Origin: Nitrosopumilaceae archaeon
Lineage (GTDB): Archaea > Thermoproteota > Nitrososphaeria > Nitrososphaerales > Nitrosopumilaceae
Reading direction: 5' to 3'
Length of the DNA: 64,000 nucleotides
Assembly (NCBI GenBank): GCA_965214835.1
Contig: CBDCCK010000002.1
Coordinates: forward strand, 3,136,001-3,200,000
Program-made: the position numbers and the translations under genes
Notes under the pieces: generated by a model
What the model was told of the DNA's origin: nothing
Database searches by the model: none
What the model saw: only the letters and a program-made list of their open reading frames with translations
Shown: one piece after another, positions 49,589-58,000 of the stretch
Layout: each line of letters starts with the position of its first letter
How positions within the stretch are numbered: the first letter of the stretch is position 1

Positions 49589-49598
49589 CTATATAATA
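49589..49598 (-). promoter_or_regulatory. Probable TATA box of nirK
   Basis: TTATATA on minus strand ~23-29 nt upstream of ATG, consistent with a leaderless transcript. Confidence 0.55.
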
Positions 49599-49616
49599 AT
49601 TCCCTTCATTGGCAAG

Positions 49617-49707
49617 GCATGAGGTTGCCTTCCCCTAGCAACTAGGCACGAATTGGACGTAGTCGTGATCTTCGTGCCCTAGCCAGCAGGGAGACGTGGC
49701 CTCGTGC
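49617..49707. mobile_element. Degenerate family-E MITE between nirK and fumarase/aspartase
   Basis: gcatgaggttgc...aggcacgaatt...gatcttcgtgcc...gtggcctcgtgc. Confidence 0.75.
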
Positions 49708-49772
49708 ACTAGTAAAACACGGAGCAAGAATGTCTAAAAACATTGAATACGGGCAGGTATGACTAAGCCATT

Positions 49773-51134
49773 ATGAGGTACAGGGTTGATCGTGACTCGC
49801 TTGGGGATGTAAAGATTCCAGATGATGCATATTATGGACCATTTACAGGCAGGGCAGTAAGGCAGTATCATGTGACAGGTACCAAGGCACACCCCAACCT
49901 GATCCGGGCATTCGTAATGATAAAGCGTTCGGCAGCAGTTGCCAACATAAAGTCAAAGGCCATCAGTACAAAGCAGGGAAGGGCAGTCGTTCGGGCCTGT
50001 GATAAGATCCTAGCAGGGGGATTCGTTGATCAGTTTGTGGTCGATGCGATCAACTCCGGTGCAGGAACCGCATTTAACATGAATGCAAACGAGGTTATTG
50101 CAAACGTGGCACTAGAAATACTACACAAGAAAAGGGGCGCATATGAGCATCTGCACCCAAACGATCATGTAAACATGTCCCAGTCAAGCAACGATACGTT
50201 CCCGACATCAATGCATGTAGCTATCTTGATGAATCTGAGGGAGGCGGTTCCCGCAGTTGATGCCTTGATAAAGTCACTGACAAAAAAGGCAAGGCAGTTT
50301 TCTAGCTACAAAAAGATTGGAAGAACGCACCTGATGGACGCGCTTCCGGTGACCCTTGGAAGCGAGTTTGCAGCCATTGCCACGTCAATCACAAAGGCAA
50401 GGAATGCAGTTGTGGCATCACAGAAGGAACTAGAGTACGTGGCTTTGGGGGGAACTGCGGTGGGAAGCGGCGCCAACACGCCAAAGGGATACAGGAAGGC
50501 GGCCATCGCAGAGCTAGGAAGAATCTCAAAGCTGCCACTAAAGCCTGAGAGGGACATGCAGCACGGCCTGCAAAGCAGGTTTGCAGTGGCAAGCACCTCG
50601 GGCGCGCTTAGGAACCTGGCCTTGGAGATCAACAAGCTTGCAAACGACATAAGACTGATGGCATCGGGTCCGGTTGCAGGGCTGTCAGAGATAGGGATAC
50701 CGGCAGTACACGCAGGCTCCTCCATCATGCCCGGAAAGGTGAATCCGTCGCTTGCCGAATGCATGAACATGATCTGCTTTGGCATTATCGGAAATGACGC
50801 CGCAGTCGCGCATGCGGCGCAGGGGGGGCAGTTTGAGCTAAACGTAATGCTGCCAGGGATGTTAAAATGCATATTAGAGTCAACGGACATGCTAAAGAAC
50901 TTCCTGCCGATCTTCTCTGCAAATCTCATCGACGGGCTGACGGCAAACAGGGATAGGCTCAGGGCAGACATTGAAAACAGTCCCGTAATTGTGACGCTGC
51001 TCGCCCCGAAGATCGGCTATTTAAAGTCGGCAGAGCTGTTCAAGGAGTCGCTCAGGACCGGAAAAACCATCAAGGAGCTCGTGGTAGAGGAGAAACTCAT
51101 GGGCAGCAAGGAAGTGGATTCCTTGCTTGGATAG
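49773..51134 (+). CDS. Class II fumarase / aspartate ammonia-lyase
   Basis: HPNDHVNMSQSSND, KIGRTHLMDA, GSSIMPGKVNP. Confidence 0.92.
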   Translation: MRYRVDRDSLGDVKIPDDAYYGPFTGRAVRQYHVTGTKAHPNLIRAFVMIKRSAAVANIKSKAISTKQGRAVVRACDKILAGGFVDQFVVDAINSGAGTAFNMNANEVIANVALEILHKKRGAYEHLHPNDHVNMSQSSNDTFPTSMHVAILMNLREAVPAVDALIKSLTKKARQFSSYKKIGRTHLMDALPVTLGSEFAAIATSITKARNAVVASQKELEYVALGGTAVGSGANTPKGYRKAAIAELGRISKLPLKPERDMQHGLQSRFAVASTSGALRNLALEINKLANDIRLMASGPVAGLSEIGIPAVHAGSSIMPGKVNPSLAECMNMICFGIIGNDAAVAHAAQGGQFELNVMLPGMLKCILESTDMLKNFLPIFSANLIDGLTANRDRLRADIENSPVIVTLLAPKIGYLKSAELFKESLRTGKTIKELVVEEKLMGSKEVDSLLG

Positions 51135-51137
51135 GAC

Positions 51138-52406
51138 ATGGCAAAAATATGGGTGGAGGCGTACGGGTGCTCTGCCAGCTTTGCAGACTCTGAGATGATT
51201 TCCGGCCTGATTGTAAATGGGGGACACGCGCTAGTCGAGAGTCCGTCGGATGCGGACCTGAGCGTGGTGGTGACCTGCTCCGTAAAAGATGCCACTGCAA
51301 ACAAGATGATTCACAGGATCAAGACCCTAAAATCCAAGCCGCTAATCGTTGCAGGCTGTCTGCCAAAGGCCGAAAGGCCGACCGTCGAGAGGTTTTCAGA
51401 TAACGCCAGCATGCTAGGCCCCAACTCGCTTGGAAAGACGCTCGAGGTCATTGAGGCGACCCTGAGGGGGGACAGGCTTGTAATGCTAGAGGACACGGAC
51501 GTCTCAAAGGCTGGACTTCCCAAGGTCAGGCTCAATTCCGCGGTCGGGATTGTGGAGATTGCAAGCGGCTGCATGAGCGAGTGCACATTCTGCCAGACAA
51601 AGATCTCCAAGGGAGACCTACAGAGCTACCGCCCGGGGGACATTGTCAGACAGGTAAGGTGCGAGATTGATGACGGATGCAGGGAAATCTGGCTGACGTC
51701 AACTGACAACGGATGCTATGGGCTCGATATCGGAACGAACCTGCCGGAGTTGATTGGCGCAGTGGCGGGGATTCCCGGCGACTTTATGATCAGGGTGGGC
51801 ATGATGAACCCAATGTACATGCCAAGAATCAGAGAGTCGTTGATTGACTCGTATGACAGCCGCAAGGTCTACAAGTTCCTGCATGTTCCGGTGCAGGCGG
51901 GAAATGACAGGGTTCTAGGCGAGATGAGGCGCGGGCACACGGCTGGAGCGTTCAGGGATGTCGTGACGAGGGTGAGGGAAAGGTTTCCAGAGTTTACCAT
52001 CTCAACGGACATAATAGTGGGCTTTCCGACTGAGACCCCGCAGGACTTTGAGGACACAGTAAGACTACTAGAGGAGACTAGGCCGGACATTGTCAACCTG
52101 TCAAGATACAGCAGAAGGCCCGGAACCGAGGCCGCGCAGTGGGAGCAGGTAGGCATGGGGGAAGTAAAAAGAAGAAGCAGAATAGTCGCAGACCTGGCAA
52201 ACAGGATTTCACTGGAAAGCAACCAGAGATGGGTCGGCTGGAAGGGCAGGGTGTTGTTTGATGAAAAGACCGGCGACGGTATAAAAGGCCGTAATTTTGC
52301 ATACAAGCCAGTCTTTACGGACGACAGGGTGGAGATCGGGCAAAGCCGCACGGTGGAGGTCACCGATGCGACCACGCACAGCCTGATCGGCAGGATCGCA
52401 AGCTAA
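51138..52406 (+). CDS. tRNA t6A37 methylthiotransferase (archaeal MtaB-type)
   Basis: YGCSAS, GCMSECTFC radical SAM motif, C-terminal TRAM domain. Confidence 0.9.
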   Translation: MAKIWVEAYGCSASFADSEMISGLIVNGGHALVESPSDADLSVVVTCSVKDATANKMIHRIKTLKSKPLIVAGCLPKAERPTVERFSDNASMLGPNSLGKTLEVIEATLRGDRLVMLEDTDVSKAGLPKVRLNSAVGIVEIASGCMSECTFCQTKISKGDLQSYRPGDIVRQVRCEIDDGCREIWLTSTDNGCYGLDIGTNLPELIGAVAGIPGDFMIRVGMMNPMYMPRIRESLIDSYDSRKVYKFLHVPVQAGNDRVLGEMRRGHTAGAFRDVVTRVRERFPEFTISTDIIVGFPTETPQDFEDTVRLLEETRPDIVNLSRYSRRPGTEAAQWEQVGMGEVKRRSRIVADLANRISLESNQRWVGWKGRVLFDEKTGDGIKGRNFAYKPVFTDDRVEIGQSRTVEVTDATTHSLIGRIAS

Positions 52407-52479
52407 AACTTTTAGATCGGGAATTTGATTAAAGCTACGTAAGAAGGTTTTTTATGCAAATCCGAGAACAGACATTGCT

Positions 52480-53427
52480 ATGAACTTTGAATTAAAGGAA
52501 CCAGTATTGGTAGTAGGATTGGGCGGCGTAGGCTCAAAATTAGCAACAGAAGTCAAAAAATCACTAGAATCAGACTGTCTGCTCATCAGCAGCGACCAAA
52601 ATGATCTGAGCGGGGAAAAGGCAATCAAGATAGACACGGATTCCATTGTCAACCCCTCCTCACAGACCATTCGTGGGTTTGCACTCGAGTCAGCAGACCG
52701 GATCAGGGAGCAGATTTCAGGCTATTCCAGCATAATCATGATGGCAAACCTTGCAGGCAGGGCAGGCTCGGCCATCGCCCCGGTGGTATCCTCAATATGC
52801 AAAGAAGGAGGCAAGAACCTGGTATCGTTTGCAGTCATGCCGTTTAGGTATGAAAGCGACAGAATCTTTGCCTCAGGCACGTCATTGAGACGTGTAAAGT
52901 CAGACTCGGCATGTACTGTAATCGTCGACAACGACGCAATGCTGGAAAGCAACCCCGATCTGACCTCCAAGGAATGCTATGACATTGCAAACTCGGCAAT
53001 CCTGCACATGGCCGGGTCACTAAAATCAAGCCAGATCCCTAATGAAGCCAATGTCCTAACTGCAGCCAAAGGCAATCAGGACATCGAGTCATCACTAAGG
53101 GATTCGCTAAAAATGCTTTACGAAAACGCCTCGCCTGGCAGCGTAAAGGGCTCAATCATCCATGTTTTGGGTGGAGAAAACGTACCGGTTGGAATGATGA
53201 AGACCATTTCCAGCCTTACGCAGGGGGTTATAGGCGAGTCAGCATCTGTAGGAATGTCTTCGGTAGAGTCTGAAACAACAGGCATCGTCATGCTGTCTAC
53301 CGTTCAGGGACAGACAAAGTTTGACCGCTATGATCCACTTGGAAGCATTCCGGCCGAGAACACATTGGACTGGGATTATCCGGATTGCAGCTATGACTGC
53401 AAGCTAGACATGTATCAGTTAGAATAG
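52480..53427 (+). CDS. ftsZ: Divergent thaumarchaeal FtsZ/tubulin-family protein
   Basis: VVGLGGVGSK, LAGRAGSA (altered signature loop), MPFRYE, IVDND. Confidence 0.8.
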   Translation: MNFELKEPVLVVGLGGVGSKLATEVKKSLESDCLLISSDQNDLSGEKAIKIDTDSIVNPSSQTIRGFALESADRIREQISGYSSIIMMANLAGRAGSAIAPVVSSICKEGGKNLVSFAVMPFRYESDRIFASGTSLRRVKSDSACTVIVDNDAMLESNPDLTSKECYDIANSAILHMAGSLKSSQIPNEANVLTAAKGNQDIESSLRDSLKMLYENASPGSVKGSIIHVLGGENVPVGMMKTISSLTQGVIGESASVGMSSVESETTGIVMLSTVQGQTKFDRYDPLGSIPAENTLDWDYPDCSYDCKLDMYQLE

Positions 53428-53436
53428 ACGATAACT

Positions 53437-54372
53437 TTATTCTGGCTTTTCTTCTTTCTTTGCCTCGGACTCTTCCTGCTGCTCTGCCCTCTCCTGGTCG
53501 CTCTTTAGCTCGGACTCTTCCTGCTGCTCTGCCCTCTCCTGGTCGCTCTTTAGCTCGGACTCTTCCTGCTGCTCTGCCCTCTCCTGGTCGCTCTTTAGCT
53601 CGGACTCTTCCTGCTGCTCTGCCCTCTCCTGGTCGCTCTTTAGCTCGGACTCTTCCTGCTGCTCTGCCCTCTCCTGGTCGCTCTTTAGCTCGGACTCTTC
53701 CTGCTGCTCTGCCCTCTCCTGGTCGCTCTTTAGCTCGGACTCTTCCTGCTGCTCTGCCCTCTCCTGGTCGCTCTTTAGCTCGGACTCTTCCTGCTGCTCT
53801 GCCCTCTCCTGGTCGCTCTTTAGCTCGGACTCTTCCTGCTGCTCTGCCCTCTCCTGGTCGCTCTTTAGCTCGGACTCTTCCTGCTGCTCTGCCCTCTCCT
53901 GGTCGCTCTTTAGCTCGGACTCTTCCTGCTGCTCTGCCCTCTCCTGGTCGCTCTTTAGCTCGGACTCTTCCTGCTGCTCTGCCCTCTCCTGGTCGCTCTT
54001 TAGCTCGGACTCTTCCTGCTGCTCTGCCCTCTCCTGGTCGCTCTTTAGCTCGGACTCTTCCTGCTGCTCTGCTTTAGGAGTTTCAACGGTAGGCTTTACC
54101 ACCTCTTCGGCACCTTCTTCATATCTGGAAACTAAAACATAGCCGTCTTCAGTATTGGACATTCTGACTCTAATTTTTCTTGGAGGGCTCCGCATCCCTT
54201 TTGACCAAACTTGATGTGCTACATCTTCCTCAATTTTGATTTCTTCTGCTTTCATATGGTGACGGGCAAATTCTTTGATCATGTTAATTGCTCTTTTAGC
54301 CCGCTGGTTGTCAGGGGAAAGCAATACCTTGCCTAGATTAATCGTATAAATTCGTTCTAATTCCTGTGACAT
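53437..54372 (-). CDS. rpl31e: 50S ribosomal protein L31e with tandem-repeat C-terminal extension
   Basis: ERIYTINL, RAKRAI, VWSKG..PPRKIRV; follows rpl39e. Confidence 0.93.
   Translation of the reverse strand: MSQELERIYTINLGKVLLSPDNQRAKRAINMIKEFARHHMKAEEIKIEEDVAHQVWSKGMRSPPRKIRVRMSNTEDGYVLVSRYEEGAEEVVKPTVETPKAEQQEESELKSDQERAEQQEESELKSDQERAEQQEESELKSDQERAEQQEESELKSDQERAEQQEESELKSDQERAEQQEESELKSDQERAEQQEESELKSDQERAEQQEESELKSDQERAEQQEESELKSDQERAEQQEESELKSDQERAEQQEESELKSDQERAEQQEESELKSDQERAEQQEESELKSDQERAEQQEESEAKKEEKPE
53464..54072. repeat. 45-bp perfect tandem repeat, 13.5 copies
   Basis: Unit ctcggactcttcctgctgctctgccctctcctggtcgctctttag encoding AEQQEESELKSDQER. Confidence 0.97.
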
Positions 54373-54531
54373 CTAACCTATCTCCACGTCTGTACTTCTC
54401 CAAGCTCTGCGTTTTGGATTTGTACGAACGCCTCGCTTGGTTTTGAGAATAACCCAAGCCGGTACCGATGAGGTCTGCTTTACTTTCTTTATCAGTCGGA
54501 TTTTTCTTGGAGATGACTTTCGTGCGCCCAT
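54373..54531 (-). CDS. rpl39e: 50S ribosomal protein L39e
   Basis: MGARKSSPRKIRLIKKVKQTSSVPAWVILKTKRGVRTNPKRRAWRSTDVEIG; manual translation. Confidence 0.93.
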   Translation of the reverse strand: MGARKSSPRKIRLIKKVKQTSSVPAWVILKTKRGVRTNPKRRAWRSTDVEIG

Positions 54532-54577
54532 ACAAGGGCAAGACATGAGGAGCTCTTTTTAAATGAATCTGAAATTC

Positions 54578-54699
54578 CAGTCGTCCCAAGTGTACCTGAC
54601 TCATGGGGGGTGCCGACGGCCATATGCGGATCTACAGGCAGACTAGTTTGAAGTGTTTCGGGTTTGGGGCCGCATTATGGGGAACTTTTGGGAAGACCG
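54578..54699. mobile_element. Degenerate family-F MITE
   Basis: cagtcgtcccaa ... aacttttgggaagaccg; another family-F-like end starts at 54705. Confidence 0.65.
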
Positions 54700-55077
54700 G
54701 ACTTCAGTCTTCTCAGGCGTACGCCATAAAACGATTCCAAACCTGACACGGTTTACCACACCCAAGCGATGAAACCCCCACACGTTTGAATCCCATCAAG
54801 ATGCTCACCGTATCAACGGATGCGTCGGCTTAAAATTGTTTTGGATTGCGTTCTACCAATACGCGACAAGAGCCTTGCCCCCTCCGGAAGATACCGCGCG
54901 GAATGCGCGGCAGCAAAGGCCCCGGCAGGCAGTGCCGCCTGTGGGGCATGCCGGCAGTCACAAATCCTTCAATGTCATCGTCCGTTTGCAGGGGCGTCTG
55001 ATCATGAAACACTTCGAGAATCCTTACTGGCCAGTACAGGATCTTGCCGCAGGCCGGGCCCGCCGTGATCGCACAAG

Positions 55078-58000
55078 CTAGCCGAGGCCCGCCGCATGCA
55101 GCAGCCGCACCTGCCGGGCCGACAGCTCGGCGCCGTACACGCGCAGCTCGTCAAGCACCGAGTCGATCCTGTCGGGGTCCCCCCAGCTGGTGGTCCTCAC
55201 CGTAAACGCATGGTCGTTTGTCGTGTCGCCTGCCAGCCCCTGGCCCCTGCGGAAGTGGTCATAGTCCCGGTGCTCGCCGTCGATATACGCGTTCAGTCCC
55301 TCCTTTGCGCCCGAGCCGTCGTACGTGAATGCGATATGGTGCCAGGCGCCGTCTGACATGTTCATGTGTTGCGGTGTATGCACGTTTATGAACGTGGAGT
55401 TGTCGTGTATCGAAAGCAGGACCCTGTTGGGCGCCCCTCCCCATACCCACACGTACGAGCCGGTATGGCCGAACGACTCTGCCTTGGACATTATCATGGT
55501 GCTGCCGTTGACGGGCGCATCCTGCCTGAGCCAGAACGCAATGCTGAACGGGTCGGTCCGCCCAAAGTCAAAGTCGGCCTCCCCCGCGAGGGTGACGTTC
55601 GTAGAGCCGTCAAGCTGCAGCCCCCTGCCTATCCTGCCCTCCACGTATGAGATACCCCCTGCAGCCGTGCCGTTGTTGTCCCCTGTGATATCTGCCAAGC
55701 TGCCCTCAAAGGACAGGCCTGCCACGAGCTCCTCATAGGGGGCCGTTACGGTCACGGGATCGGCGATCGTGACCCGTATGCCGCCCATCGGACTTCCGTC
55801 CCCGTCCACTAGGCCTACCCTGAACGTGCCTCCCGCGTCTGCGTCGTCGGCGATCCTCAGCAGTATCGTATACTGGGAGCCGGGCGCGTTGATCGTGTGA
55901 TACCTCACGTCGTATGAGGAGCCTGCGTGGTTGTCAAGTTCCATCGTGCGGCGCCGCTGCCCGGGAAAGTCAGTGCATACGGTCGTGCCGCATGCAGAGT
56001 CATCCGCGAGTCCCCCAAAGTCGTCCACCGTAAGCGAGTCGCTGTATATGGCAAGGGCGTCGTGCTGGTGCCTTGTGCCATCAAGGGTCACGGTATACTC
56101 GAATGTCTGTCCCGGAAATATCCTGTCGGGGCCCGTGATCCTCCAGGTGGTGTCCCCGTCCGTTACCGTCCTCGTGGACGGCGGCATCACCGTTACCGGT
56201 ATGCCTCCCACCGGGTTGTAGCTGGCGTCCAGCATGCCGACTGTGGCCTGCGCCCCCGCCGGCGCGTCGGCTGCCGGCTGCAACAGTATGGTGTGGCTGG
56301 ATCTGGACTTTTTCATCTTGTTGTGCATGGCAGTATACGGCGAGTCCTCGTCACTGGCTATCTTGTACGTGTTGTGCTTTTGTTCGGGAAACCCCGCGCA
56401 CAATATAGTCTGGCAGTCTGCATCGGGATCATGCCATCCGAGGTACCGCGTATCCGGCGCAGCGCTGTACACGGCAAGGGCCTCCTCCCTGGGCCTCGCC
56501 CCGTCCTCGAGGGTTACGGTATACTCGAAGGTCTGCCCCGCGAATATCCTGTCCGGGCCCGTGACGCTCCACGTGGACCGGCCCGTGCTCACGGTCTGCG
56601 AGACGTCCAGGATGGCGTCAGATGCGTCCACGTGTATGATAAACCAGTCCCGCAGCGAGTTTGCAGAGCCGTCTGTCGCCATACATGACACCTCGGTGAA
56701 TCCGGGCGCAAACGTCGATCCTGACTCGTGCGTGCATGATACTGCCACGGCCCCATCTACGAGGTCTGTAGCTGTAGGCGCATCGTAGCTGACTTCCATT
56801 CCCCGGCCCGCCGGATCATCCACGGATATATTGCGCAGGCCGGAGATGGCAGGCGGCGTCGTATCCTGTATCGTAACGGTCTGGGCGGCAGTCGCCTCGT
56901 TGCCAGAGGAATCGGCGGCAGTCCACGTTACCGTGGTGTTGCCGAGCGGGAACGATTCCGGTGCGTCGTTTGTGATTGTGGGGCTGGGATCGGCAATGTC
57001 AGACACGGTGGGAGTCCCATAGTCGCCGGCATTCAGGATTGTCATGATGCCGGCAGCCTCGGCCGTATGATCGGCGGGTGCTGTGATGCTCGGCGGCGTG
57101 GTGTCCTGTATCGTCACGGTCTGTGTGGCCGTGGCGGCATTATCGGAGGAATCCGTGGCAGTCCATGTCACTATGGTGTCGCCGAGCGGGAACGATTCCG
57201 GTGCGTCGTTTGTGATTGCCGGGTCGGGATCGGCAGTGTCGGTGGCCGTGGCCTGACCTATTGATATTATACTCAGCACGCCGGAAGCCTCGGTTGTGAC
57301 ATCTGGCGGTGCGGTTATGCTCGGCAGTGTCGTGTCCTGTATCGTAACAGTCTGGGTGTCAGTGGCCGCGTTGCCCGAATCATCCGTGGCAGTCCACGTG
57401 ACTGTCGTGCTACCTAGGGGAAACGATTCCGGTGCGTCGTTTGTGATTGCCGGGTCGGGATCCAAGTTGTCGGTGGCCGTAGCCTGCCCTATGGATGTTA
57501 CAGTCAGCACGCCGGAAGCCTCGGTTGTGACATCTAGCGGTGCGGTTATGCTCGGCAGTGTCGTGTCCTGTATCGTAACAGTCTGGGTGACAGTCGCCAT
57601 GTTGCCAAAGTCATCTGTGGCAGTCCATGTCACTATGGTGTCGCCGAGCGGGAATGACTCTGGTGCGTCGTGCGTGATGACAGGATCGGGATCCAGATTG
57701 TCGGTGGCAGTGGCCTGCCCTATTGATATTGTGGTCAGCACGCCGGTGGCCTCTGCTGTATGGTCAGCAGGCGCCGTGATGCTCGGCGGCGTGGTATCTT
57801 GAACCGTAACAGTCTGGGTGGCAGTGGCCGCATTGCCCGAATCATCTGTGGCAGTCCATGTGATTACCGTGTCGCCTAGCGAGAACGACGCGGGTGCGTC
57901 GTTTGTTATTGTGGGGTCGGGATCGGCAATGTCGATGGCAGTGGCCTGCCCTATGGATGTCACGGTCAGCACGCCGGTGGCCTCTGCGGTACGGTCGGCA

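Noticed and set aside
52480-53427. Altered GTPase loop of FtsZ as new
   Set aside because: Divergent FtsZ is already described for Thaumarchaeota
53464-54072. CRISPR array
   Set aside because: Head-to-tail identical units with no spacers, in frame within rpl31e, no cas genes
53460-54077. Plus-strand repetitive ORF (RTLPAALPSPGRSLA)n and other antisense ORFs in the track
   Set aside because: Shadows of real genes on the opposite strand
54705-55077. Possible transposase remnant
   Set aside because: Too degraded for any motif to be assigned
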